From positions 25,916,001 to 25,980,000 of the forward strand of contig NC_043006.1 of the NCBI RefSeq assembly GCF_006345805.1: a stretch of 64,000 nt of DNA. Reading direction: 5' to 3'. This document shows positions 23,635 through 36,382 of the stretch, piece after piece. The notes under the pieces are model-generated. The model saw only the letters and a list, made by a program, of their open reading frames with translations, did no database searches and had not been told where the DNA came from. The position numbers and the translations under genes are program-made. Each line of letters begins with the position of its first letter. Within the stretch, counting starts at the first letter, position 1. Source of the DNA: Octopus sinensis. Taxonomy: Eukaryota.

Positions 23635-24857
23635 ATATATACATATATATATTATATTATTTTATTTTATTTTATATTATATTATATTATTTTATATTAT
23701 ATTATATTATATATATATATATATATTATATATATATATATATCATTGCTATTATTTTAAATTGCTGTATGTTGAAATTTGGCCAAATGCATTTTTTCAC
23801 TATTTAATTTTGCTTGCAACAACTGGTTTTTTTGGTCAAACTATCATATCTCCGGCTGCTTCGGATGATAATTATTAAAGTGCAATGCAACAGTTTAGCA
23901 TTTTTCAAAAGTGTAGTAAGCCCCACATGCAACTTTTTTACAAAAATATTTCTGACTAAAAATATCACGCATGGAGTTATGATTTTATGGACCCAGCAAG
24001 GTGTTATTGTTAAGCTGAAACTGTTCCTAATGTAAACAGAAATGGAATGATGAAATTATTTTTTCGTTTTCTGAAAAACCAACATTTTGAACTTACAATA
24101 TTTCTGCATAATAGCAACAATATGTACACATGTATGTCATACAATTTATTCAGAACCTGCAATACTGGAGTCTGTTTGGTGCAGTACATTGGGTGTAATG
24201 TTTGTACACCCATATGCAACCTTGAGGACTCATATATTCAGTTGGCCATTTGTAATTGTACACACAACTGGAGTAAAAATCTGTTTACTTTAGTAAGTGC
24301 ATATTTGTCTTCAAGTATTGTTTGTACACAATAGCTATATCCCCTACCCGACCTTAGTGCTTTACTATTTAATGTATATATGTATGTATGTATGTATGTA
24401 TATATATATATGCGTGTGTGTGTATATATATATGTATATATATATGTGTGTGTATATATGTATATCTATATATATGTATGTCTACGTGGCACCTTGGGCA
24501 AGTGTCCTCTACTATAGCCTCGGGCCGACCAAAGCCTTGTGAGTGGATTTGGTAGACGGAAACTGAAAAAAGCCCGTCGTATATATCTATATATATATGT
24601 GCGTGTATGTTTGTGTGTCTGTGTTTATCCCCCTAGCATTGCTTGACAACCGATGCTGGTGCGTTTATGTCCCCCGTCACTTAGCGGTTCAGCAAAAGAG
24701 ACCAATAGAATAAGTACTGGGCTTACAAAGAATAAGTCCTAGGGTCGAGTTGCTCAATTAAAGGCGGTTCTCCAGCATGGCCGCAGTCAAAATGAATGAA
24801 ACAAGTAAAAGAGAGAAAGAGATATATGTATATATATGTGTGTGTGTATATGTATGT

Positions 24858-25108
24858 ATATTGTATAAAGGATCATGGATAAGGCTAAGACAAGGCAAAG
24901 TAAATAACAAAAAAAACAAATATATGAATTAATGTAGACTTACCATGTATTCAATATTTCGGGTTTTATTTTCTTGAAAATGGGGTCATAGCCCCGAAAT
25001 ATTGAATACAAGGTAAGTCTACATTAATTCACATATTTGTTTTCTTGTGATTTACCTTGCATTTACTTCGCATTGCTTTGGCCTTACCCACAATCCTTTA
25101 TACAATAT
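24858..25108. repeat. Imperfect inverted repeat enclosing a minimal hammerhead-like motif
   Basis: Arms ATATTGTATAAAGGAT... and ...ATCCTTTATACAATAT; inner arms around 24920-25040; + strand 24971-25006 UUC-UUGAAAA-U-GGGGU-CAUA-GCCCC-GAAAU-AUU-GAA. Confidence 0.7.
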
Positions 25109-25989
25109 ATTCTACACACTGCTTCATAGTAATTATTCCATTATAATGTGTGTGTGTGTTAAATAAAATGAGACAACAAAGCCAAGATTGTGTGGAATTT
25201 TCAGGACATTTATAAAGAGAAAGTTAGTCTTACAACTCTTTCTGTGAGATAATTAAATCGAGGGAAGTATTAGAGCTCAATATAAGGAGTTATTTTGGAA
25301 AAGGAAGGAAATAAGGAGTATATAGGGAAATAGGAGAATGAATGTAAAAATAAAAATATATAAAGATGTTATAGCTGCAGTTCCATTCTCCAAGGAAAGT
25401 GGTGTGTACTAGTGGTAGAAATGCTTCTTGTCTATGGTATGTTAATTCCAATAGGAGTTCATATTTTCTCATTACAAGTGGAAAGTGTGGAGACATAGAT
25501 TCCATGTGCTGTTCATTCAAAGGGATCTTGTGGTGTGAATGAAAATTTGAGAATGTAGTAGCAGTATTAAATGGATAGATGAGGGAGAAGAGATGTGTAT
25601 GTTAAAATGAGGAGAGAGGTCAAAAGAAAAGGTGAGAAAAGAAGAAAGAAAGAGGAAAAGAAAATGAGAAAAAAAGAGTGAAAGGAAGTGAAAAAGGAGT
25701 GTTAGCTGGTAGACAAGATATTATGAGGGGGTAGGAGAGGCATAGAGGAGGGGTAGGAAGAGATAAGAATGTAAGTAATGAATGTGTGCGAAGTGGAGTG
25801 ATATGTTAGAATGGCACTAAGGGATGGGTACAGAAAAAGGAATAGGAGGGGGTGAGGTTTCTAAGTGTGTAGTTAACCTTAAAACAGAAGGGAAGAATAC
25901 TAAGAATTGTCAAGTTTCTATAGACTTATGTGTTTATTCTGCTGACTAATGTGATTGTGTGGTTTGAGGTATTGGAGAAAAAGAAAGAA

Positions 25990-26632
25990 GTTGTCTGTTG
26001 CCTTACAAAAAAAGCAATCAGTGCATGACAAATCTAAAGTCATAGCGGAATTATGTAGTTTACCTGATGCAGAAATAAGAATGAGGTATTCAAAGAAGAA
26101 ATTGTACAGTTTGCAGCTTTTTGTAAGCTCCGGTCATGTAAAACAGCAGGCACTTTTAATCCATAAGGAAGGGCTTGCTCAAACCTTTCCTTATGTTGAT
26201 GTAGCTCTTGGAATATTTTTGAACTTAATGATCACAAATTGTTCAGGAGAGAGGTCATTCAGTAAATTGGGTCTGATAAAGAATTACCTGAGGACCATGA
26301 TGACCCATGAAAGACTAAGTGCTCTGAAAGAAAATACAGTTTGAAGAATTCCTTAAAGAATTTTTAAATGTCAAATGCAGAAAGAAAGACTTTTTGTAGG
26401 TATTGAAGTAGTACACAGCAGTAAGTTGGTAAAACTTGCTGTAATTAGATGACAAAATTTTGCATGAATAGATGTGTTTAAACTTTCTCTGCTAACTTGT
26501 CAAATTCAATTACAGGTAATATACAGGTTTTGAGACCTAAATCTGGTGATTTCATTAATTTTCAGTCTTGTTTCTGAGGGGCCCACTGAACTTGAAATGT
26601 CCCTGGCCCTCTTAGAGTTAAATCCGGTCCTG
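25990..26632 (+). mobile_element. hAT transposon 3' remnant
   Basis: hAT dimerisation-domain motif FP...LMITNCSGERSFSKLGLIKNYLRTMMTHERLSAL; end GTTAAATCCGGTCCTG resembles a hAT TIR (CAGGACCGGATTTAAC). Confidence 0.75.
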
Positions 26633-26668
26633 TATATATATATATGTATATATATGTATGTATGTATG

Positions 26669-26700
<32 letters not shown>

Positions 26701-28429
26701 ATGTGTGTGTGTATGTATATATATGTATGTATGTATATATATATATATAGAGAGAGAGATAGGGGGGGAGTGATAGATAGATAGGCAGACAGACAGATAG
26801 ATAGATAAATAAAGAAGGTAAAAGAAATGAAGGTATGGGATATACAGACATATCATTGTCCTTTAACATCTGTTTTCCATGCAGGCATGAGTTGTATGGT
26901 TTGAAAAGAACTGGCAAGTCAGAAGACTGCACCAAGCTCTATGGTTTACCTTGGCATGGTTTCTATGGCTGAGTGCTCTTCATAATGCTAACCACATTAC
27001 AGAGCATACTGGATGCTTTTCACACAGTACCAACAGCAGTGAAGTCACCAAATAAGTTGCAAGACAAGAGCCTTCATCTGAAGTTGGGGAGGGACAGCAA
27101 AAAGGAGTCATACATTAGAGGGGAAAACACGGCTATCTCAGGTGGGGAGAGTGTGGAGAGAGAGGCAAGAAAAAAGATGTGAAGGGAAGGGGTGGGTGAG
27201 TGAACAAAAAGTGGGAATTGGAGAGGGTGAGTGGGTTCATGAGATTGCAAAAGGTGAGATGGGAACAGACAGAAGGTATTAGGAGGATATGTTGTGGGTA
27301 AGTGATTATATTGTGTGCAGGTAAGTAAATGAGGGGAGGTATGCAGCAGGTGGAAAGAAGGGGATGCTGGGAAGATGAGTTGTGGGGGAGGTTTGTTTAG
27401 GTGTAGATTGTGTGTAGAGGGTGGGCATGAACATAAAGGACATGTCTTTATGGCCTATCTACTACCTCTAAAGATCCTCTTGGGCATTTGAGGAAGTCTA
27501 TTTCTTGTACATCCTTAGTGTCTTTTATACCTGCACATCCGCTACACACAAAGACAATACATGGATGAAGAGAAGGAAAGAAATTATTGGGAAATATGTA
27601 TAGGGAGAGGGAAATGTTAATTTTTATCATTGTTTTTTTACTGCATGAGTCATGCTGTGGGCCACAAGAGAATGAGACAACAATTGCTGGAAATAAACAG
27701 GAATAATAATTACATTTTGCAGCTAATTTGAATTTATGCAGTGACAAGATAAAAAAAGATATACAAAGACATGTAAAGGTAGATTCAACACTTTATTGCT
27801 ATATATAATCAAGGCCTATCTTCATCAAACTTCTATAAAATGTAAACTCAACTTACCTCAGAAATTTTCACTGTATTTGATATTGTCACTTATTTACGAA
27901 AATTGCATACATGCATTCATTAAGAGGGCATTACCCTAAGAAACTACTGCTGTGTTTTTTGTATTTTTAGTTTTTTTCTTTGACCTTATGGTTTTGACCT
28001 TTGAAAATTCTATACTATACTACAGATGATCAAACAAAAATATATTTCTGTGTGATACATTGATAATGATATATTTGACTGAAAATCATTTCAATAACAT
28101 TTTATTTATGATCTTTTTGCAATTTTATTGGAGGTTTTTCAGGAGTGAAGTACAATATGGGTTTTCACCAAAACATCAGCAATGGACAAAACACTTTGAT
28201 GCCATTTTAAATCATCTCATATGGATATAGAGGCAAAAAACCAGCTACCTCAGGTGACTGCTAACTACTAATTGTGTGAGTCACTTGGTGAAATTCAAAG
28301 GGCTATCAAATGATTAGCCAATGGTAAAGTTCATGGGTCTTATGCAATTCCTGCTGACATCTATAAACATGGAGGATAGAAAATACAGGAAAAACTACTA
28401 CCCTGTTTACCAGAATGTGGGAGTGCATA

Positions 28430-29100
28430 GTAATCCCACAAGAATTATTCCTAGAGACACAGGAGTCTTTATGAGACAAATAATAATAGTCTCAAACCAT
28501 TTAGATAAAGAACTTAATAACATTGAAAAATCCCACTTCAAAAAACCACTTTTAGAGATTGAAAAGAGACTCAGACTCTTCAATAAAATAGAAAAGGAAG
28601 TAAGGGCAATGAATCCTTTCTGCAAATTTGTGAAATAATTTGCTTCAAGTGTTACTAGAAAGGACCACTGTTTGGGAAAATGACTCCTTGCAAAGCAGAT
28701 ACTAAAAGTTTCAGGTCTATCTCACTGATCTTACATATCGGTAAAGTTAAGGAATGCATTGTCAGAAGGAATGTGATTACATTCTGAGAAGAAAGTGGTT
28801 TACTCACTGACATGCAGCACAGCTGTCATTGAGGAGGGAGTTTGCCTTATGCAGTTATTACTGCATGTCTGTGTACTGAAATAACTGCTCATTTATTTAA
28901 ATGTGGATGTGATATATCTCAACTTTGTCAAAGCTTTTTAATAAAGTTGATCACAGAAAGTTGTTTCAGACTGCATGATCTTGAGATAGTTGATAAACTA
29001 GGGGAGTAAATGCATGACTTTAAAAATAGGAGTCAGGTGGTTGCAGTAAATGGTACTCTCTCTGAGGGGACATCAATGTTAAGCAGAGTACCTCAGTGCT
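28430..29100 (+). mobile_element. Highly degraded CR1/L2-like reverse transcriptase remnant
   Basis: Fragments FRSISL.LHIGKV, DVIYLNFVKAF..KVDH and RVPQ across stops and frameshifts. Confidence 0.55.
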
Positions 29101-30719
29101 CAAGGCAATCCAATGCTGTTACACAGAGAAGATTGCCTGAGTGCAAAAGATAAGTTAATATAAAGTTAGGCATTAGACCCTGGAGGGGGTTGCTTATACC
29201 AACCCCTAAACTGAACATTGTTACATAGTAAGAAAAATCTAATCTCTCCATCTGGAGTAAGGACCCAAATATAGTAACAACTTAAGGTTCAAGGGCTCAT
29301 GACTTTTCAGTACCTTACCAAAAAAACAAAAAAAAGCTCAGAACTACAAAGCATAGATGAGGATGTATTAAAAAAACAGTCAAATGTTTATCTAAGATAA
29401 TAGATGACCCTACATCATGGTAAAAAATGCAAATAAAAGCAGTATTTCCAACTCTTGCATTCACTAAAATTATACACAGAGAGATCATGGAAATAAATAA
29501 ACTAACAAGCACAACAATGGTGGTGCCCCAGCATGGCCACAACCTCTACCTGAAACAAATGGAAGTAAGTATGTACATGTGTATGTATTTGCATGTATGT
29601 GATTATAAAACATTGAACAATTGATGCATTTCAGGAAGTTGTGCATAAAGACATTCCTACACCCTATATAAATGATACCCGTTATATATATATTAACACG
29701 GGGACCATTTATAGGGCAGAGCAGTGTCTAAAATATATTCCTGAAAGAAATACAAAAATATAGAAAATTATGTTCAGGTAAGTATGAGCATATTATTTTA
29801 TCTTACATATATGTAATACCCATTGTACATACAAAGATGAGGACCATTTATAGAGTAAAGCATTATCTAAAATATAAGTCCAGAAATAATCATGAAAAGC
29901 ATATTCATCAAAATACACATTGGCTTGAAAGACAAATTAATCCATAGCGTATTCTTGGAAGAACAAATTTATCAAAATATCAAAATGTTTATTGGACACT
30001 ATGTAACAGACAGTTTGTTTGGTGGTCAGAAAACTCTTCTGTAAAGCGGTATTACTCTTATGCCAAAGATTACAACCACACCATTTCATTTCTTCCGTTA
30101 GACTATACAAAGATAGACAACTTGAATTATCTTCAAAGTTTTGAATATTATCACCATATAAATGAGTTGCTTTTCTTTGAGATTCTTATTTTTAAAAAAA
30201 CCTGGAAATGAAAAAAAAAAATATATATAAGTTTAATATTTTAAAATGACAATAAGCAAGGTGCAGACATGATTCTATGGTTAAGAAGTTTATTTCACAA
30301 CCACATGGTTCAGTCCCACTGTGTGACACCTTGGGCAGGTGTCTTCTACTATAGTCTCAGACCATGAGTGGATTTGGTAAACAGTGAGAAGCCAGTCATT
30401 ATATATGTGTGATGCATGCTTATGTCTCCTTGTTTTGACATTCTCTGATTGTTGTAAATGAAGATTATTTACTTCCAATATTCAATGAAAACACATTTGG
30501 CCATGGGGAAATATGAGCTTGCTTGGAAATAGGTGAGAGTTGGTAACATGAAGAGCAGTTTGTTGTAAAAAAACTAGTAAACACCATCTTACCCATGTGA
30601 ACATGGAAAAGTGGATGTTAAAATGATGATGTGCATATATGGCATACTAGCAGCAGCACAAGAGCAATAATACTGTAGACGAGGGAAGGATGAAAGAAAG
30701 AGAGATGATATGTGGGTGG

Positions 30720-31370
30720 GTACCAAATCAACACACAAGGCTTTTGATCAGCCTCAGGCCATAGCAGAAAACACAGAAAAGCAGAAAATACTGGGACTGA
30801 ACCAGGAAATGTGCTCAAGATGCAAACTTCAACACACCACAGCCATGGCTGTCAGACAATTTCCGCAACCACATCACCTCTAACATCTGGTTACCTAACT
30901 CCCCAGACTTCAACCCCCTTGATTAATATGTGTGGGGTGCAGTTGAGCACAAGACCAACAAAACACCTTGTAACACCAAAGATGAACTGAAGGCAAGGAT
31001 TATTATAACAAGAAAGTTTACGAAAATAAACAAAAGACGAAGGCAAGTGGAGTACAAACAAACAAATGTATTAGTATAGCGCTCAGGAACAGAAATAGAA
31101 AAAGTCTTTTACATTTCGAGCCTATGCTCTTCGACAGAAAGATACACAGAAAAAAACAAGGAGAGAAAAAAAATGCGTGTAGGAGCTAACGATCTATCAT
31201 GGCGTCCTGACCAAGGATTATAGCAGCATTCACCGACTTAAGCAAGGAGACCATCCAGAAGAGTTGCAGAAAATTCTGAAGTCATCTGAAGGCTGTGGTT
31301 GAAGCCACTGGCGATTTTATTAAATAAATTTACTGTTTAGTACTTCAAATATATTTTCATGTAATTTTGG
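30720..31370 (+). mobile_element. Mariner-like transposase C-terminal remnant with a nested 208-bp insertion
   Basis: WLPNSPDFNPLD*YVWGAVE...TKDELKARII, interrupted at 31004-31211, then AAFTDLSKETIQKSC; same family as 40395-41270. Confidence 0.75.
31004..31211 (-). mobile_element. Short hammerhead-like element with 10-bp TSD (family D, copy 3)
   Basis: TSD CAAGGATTAT at 30994-31003 and 31212-31221; minus 31142-31105 TCTTT-CTGTCGA-A-GAGC-ATAG-GCTC-GAAAT-GTA-AAAGA. Confidence 0.75.
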
Positions 31371-31614
31371 GCCCACAGATCATCAAATATCCTTCCAAAA
31401 TGCCTGAGAGGACAGTGGCATCAAACTGCCTCATTGACCAAATATCACATATCGTCGGAGGTTTCAAATACATGACCACAGCTTTATATATACATATATT
31501 CTTCCTCAAAGAATTCAAGCTGTAATTACTGCCAAAGGTGGCTCTACCCCATATTAAAATATATTTATTTGAAATTTTAAGGTGTTTCCGTTATTTTGTC
31601 CAACCCCTGTATAT

Positions 31615-31649
<35 letters not shown>

Positions 31650-33987
31650 CGTTTGTGTGTGTGTACCACACAAATCAAACGGAAAAAATTATTGATTTTA
31701 GCCATTACTCATTTTGCCCCATTAAGGCCTTTTTTTTTTCTTTTTTTTTTTGAAAATTATCAAATTAGACAGTGTGGGAAAAAATTGACAAGGAATTCCA
31801 AAGAGAAAAGAATATTGGTTGTTAAACACCAAAAATTATTTAAATTATTTTATTAGCAACCTCAATTAGGATCGAATCAAAATTTGAGGAAATATTTCCT
31901 GAAAAAATGTACGTGCCACACAATTAGGTTTCAAACATTCATCTTCAACAACGACTACGCTGACCACTTTTTGCTTCAAAAGATGATGCAACAGTACAAA
32001 ATGATGATGCAATATTTTCAATGCCATGGTTTCTAACAGATTGAGAGAGAAACAAACGAGAAATGCGAAGTTACTCATTTTGCCCCAGGTAGCAATTTTG
32101 CACACATCTCCTTTACATATGTGTGTGTGTATACGTATTTATGTGTATATATATATATTTAGTTATGTGTCTATATATACGTATATATATATACGTATAA
32201 GTACTAGGCTTACCAAGAATAAGACTTGGGGTCGATTTGCTCGACTAAAGGCGGTGCTCCAGCATGGCCGCAGTCAAATGACTAAAACAAATAAAATCTT
32301 TAAAAATACGTATGTGTACGCATACATACGTATGTACTGAGAGAGAGAGAGAGGGGGGGACAGAGACAGAAAGATGAAAATTTGTTTAGAAACCCAAAGA
32401 GGTGTATAATACGAGCTAAGCATGTAGACAATTTGCATCCATGTATAACTCGAACTCGTATGTATATAGATAATTGGATCTTTTCCTTTAGTATCGCGAG
32501 TCAACGAACAAGAAACTAAACCGTCAGTCACAATTTACAGTCCCAATCAGCACCGAATTTTACAATTTAACACACAATTATTCTTAGTTTCGTACAGATT
32601 CTTTAAAAGTCAATGATGAAATACTTTAGTAGTACATGCCCTTTACACGCCTACAGATCTAAGCCCAGCCCACTTTCATCGGGTTAATAGTCAAACGTCT
32701 CTTGCGTTGTATTGTCCCCCACCGCCTATCTCACATGGCTTGCCACCCCACTTTTGCTATCTTGTTTCTATTGTAGAAAAAAATCTGAAAGGTAAAAGCA
32801 CGCCGGATAAAATGCTTAATGGTAGTTCTGGCTTTACGTTCTTGAGTTCACATTCCGGCGCGGTCGACTTTTCCCGTTATTTCGGGTTCGATAAAATGAG
32901 TATAAGTCGAACATGGGAGTCGGTGTAATCAACTTACTCTGTACCCTCATTATTGATTTTGCCTTCCAATCCACGGCATCCATCAATTTAGAAATATTCT
33001 GTAAGTTAATTACTATACCCGTTCACAAAATGTATAGTCTTTAGTCACTGTAACGAATCCTTGTTACTAATAGGAATAATAACATCATTACTATATTGAT
33101 GTTAGTACACTAGCATCTTTGGAAACTGGATCGTACAACATTTCTAGTAATAACATTGATATCTTGTATTCCTTCAAAGCACACAGTGAGATTTCGAATT
33201 AGAGAAGTGACAGCTATCTTAACTTTCCCCTAATACGATCTCATAACAAAGGAAATGTCTCCATATAACAAATTTTTGAAAAATAATAATAATAAAGCTC
33301 CTTTTCTAAAAGTCTAATATTCCTTCTCTCGGCCCATCCTAACCCCTTATTTTTACAGGCTCTGAACTGACACTCACTCTTCCAGTTTTAATGATTATCA
33401 TTGTCTATATACTCTCTTTTGTAACCGAAGTCTTTCGAATTAAATAAAAAGACTTACCTGGTATTATTGGAGAGAATATGAAGCATATTTGTTTTCTGAT
33501 TCGGTTTGTTGTATTTTCAGCGACAGCGATGTTACTGAAGTGGGTTGTTTAGGCAAAACAATTACCTTCTTAAGTTATGCGTCAAACAACATTCTCTAAG
33601 CAGCATCCCTGTAACTGACCATGCAAAGAAAAAAAAAATTGCTTCGAAGAAATTGTAAAAAACGTCTTCCCAATACATTAGTTATTACTGAAAGGGAGGG
33701 AAAAGCTGTTGAGAATTCGAAGAAACTTAACAGAAGTTAATAATTATCAAAGATGATCTACTTCAAAATTTCTAATCTGAAACACTTCGCATACCCATCA
33801 TGATTTGATGTCTGTGGAAGAAATAACATAAAGTCTTTCGAATGATTACTTTTTTTTCTTTTTTTTTTTCCTAAATACACGTCTCTCACCAGTTTGATTG
33901 ACAGATAAAAACTATTTACTGCTTGCAATATTTATCTCCAACAGAACAAAATGCATAACAAAAATTTAGAGTTAGAAAATTTTCCAT

Positions 33988-34226
33988 TCAGTTTAATCTC
34001 CTTTTTGGCCGAGCCTGTGATTTTTGGCCGAGCCTGTGGCAATGGAGATTTCAGGAATCTTGGCTCCCGGATTTCATCTCTTCTCACTGCTATAGGGGTA
34101 GAGATGTCTCTCCGCATGTGCGAGCCCTGGGAATCAGAGTGGCTGTTTCAGAGCGTCTCCTTCATCCTCCCCCGGGGCAACGCCTTTTCCATTTTGTCTG
34201 TCGGGGCCACGAGGCAAATCTGACAT
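33988..34226 (-). pseudogene. GC-rich putative small ORF, disrupted
   Basis: GC-rich island starting ATGTCAGAT shortly after a candidate splice acceptor (34258); 19-bp tandem duplication at 34002-34038; no family recognised. Confidence 0.3.
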
Positions 34227-34361
34227 GACAAATCTGTTTAGCGATAGCTGTTGTATCTCTTACAAGAAATAAGAGGAAGTTCAAGAAACAGTACTTTTAG
34301 TAACAAATTAATACTGATTAACGTGCAGAACAATAACATAATTAATAATGATACCTAAAAA

Positions 34362-34688
34362 CCACTTCGGTTAATGTTATTGTTTACAACTTGATCCGGA
34401 AACGAAAATCAGAAAAACATAGTGCAATTGGTGAAAAAAAAAATGTGTAGGAAACGAATATGAAAAAAAAAAAAAAAAATGCGCGCAAAGCAACGGGAGG
34501 ATAGGGAGAGGACCTCGGAAAATTCACAAGATCCGAGTTTTTCCCTCATAACTTTTAGGAAAATGGTTTTTTTTTTTTTCAATGAAATTTTATAGAAATA
34601 CCTTTCAAACGGCATACAATACGATTATAAAGAAATTTGTGGGTAAAATCTTTTCCAAGGGATAGGGAGAGGACTTCGGAAAATTCAC

Positions 34689-34732
<44 letters not shown>

Positions 34733-34915
34733 GTATATGTGCGTGTGTGTGTATATGTGTATATATATGTATATATATATATATAATAGAAATATTAAAA
34801 TTACTAAGTCTCTCTAAAAGAGAACAACGGCAGCGTTCCCGGAAAATATTAGTTATCGCCATACTAATATGGCATTCTTATTTTTATAAGAATGCCATAT
34901 TAGTATGGCGATAAC

Positions 34916-34947
<32 letters not shown>

Positions 34948-34949
34948 GC

Positions 34950-34992
<43 letters not shown>

Positions 34993-35550
34993 TAATAACG
35001 AGTGAATGAGAATAACGGCGGGGGGGGGGGGTAAAAAGCGTAAAAATAATTGAAGATAAAATGAAGCAAAACTGAAGCCAAAACATTAAAAATTATTGAA
35101 AGCGGGTAGAAATAAACACTTCGTAGTGTAGTAGTACTACGCTAGGGTATCTGTAGAAAGTTGAATGTGATTTCGGAATATAATGAAGAAAATTCGGCTC
35201 TTGGAAATTTTCCGAAAGTCCTCTCCCCCACAAATTACTTTATGGTCGTAATGTATGCCGTTTGAAAGGTATTTCTATAAAATTTCATTGAAAAAACTCC
35301 ATTTTCCTAAAAGTTATGAGGGAAAAACTCGGATCTTGTGAATTTTTCGAGGTCCTCTCCCTACCCTCCCGTTGCTTTGCGCGCATTTTTTTTTCTTTCA
35401 TATTCGTTTCCTACTTATATATATATATTTTTTTTTTTTTTCAATGAAATTTTATAGAAATACCTTTCAAACGGCATACAATACGATTATAAAGAAATTT
35501 GTGGGTAAAATCTTTTCCAAGGGATAGGGAGAGGACTTCGGAAAATTCAC

Positions 35551-35588
<38 letters not shown>

Positions 35589-35794
35589 TATATATATGTA
35601 TGTATGTATATGTGCGTGTGTGTGTATATGTGTATATATATGTATATATATATATATAATAGAAATATTAAAATTACTAAGTCTCTCTAAAAGAGAACAA
35701 CGGCAGCGTTCCCGGAAAATATTAGTTATCGCCATACTAATATGGCATTCTTATTTTTATAAGAATGCCATATTAGTATGGCGATAACTAATAT

Positions 35795-35847
<53 letters not shown>

Positions 35848-36382
35848 TAATAACGAGTGAATGAGAATAACGGCGGGGGGGGGGGTTAAAAAGCGTAAAA
35901 ATAATTGAAGATAAAATGAAGCAAAACTGAAGCCAAAACATTAAAAATTATTGAAAGCGGGTAGAAATAAACACTTCGTAGTGTAGTAGTACTACGCTAG
36001 GGTATCTGTAGAAAGTTGAATGTGATTTCGGAATATAATGAAGAAAATTCGGCTCTTGGAAATTTTCCGAAAGTCCTCTCCCCCACCTCAAAATTTTCCC
36101 CACAAATTACTTTATGGTCGTAATGTATGCCGTTTGATAGGTATTTCTATAAAATTTCATTGAAAAAACTCCATTTTCCTAAAAGTTATGAGGGAAAAAC
36201 TCGGATCTTGTGAATTTTTCGAGGTCCTCTCCCTACCCTCCCGTTGCTTTGCGCGCATTTTTTTTTCTTTCATATTCGTTTCCTACTTATATATATATTT
36301 TTTTTTTTTTTTTTACACCTGTTGCATTATTTTTTTTCTGATTTTCCTTTCCGGGTCAAGTTGTAAACATTGATCCAAATGG
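34362..36382. mobile_element. Foldback/MITE-like element with long TIRs and an internal ~862-bp tandem duplication
   Basis: TGTTTACAACTTGA (34381) and TCAAGTTGTAAACA (ends 36369) begin ~300-bp imperfect inverted arms; right end ...AATGG followed by TTAA (piggyBac-like); 34580-35441 repeated at 35442-36300; 78-bp perfect hairpin at 34845-34922 with a copy near 35718-35794. Confidence 0.7.

Noticed and set aside
33960-34230. Possible structured RNA gene (7SK, RNase P, SRP), antizyme frameshift or selenoprotein
   Set aside because: No signature motif of those RNAs recognised, no antizyme TCC-TGA site or domain, and no SECIS seen; kept only as a small-ORF candidate.
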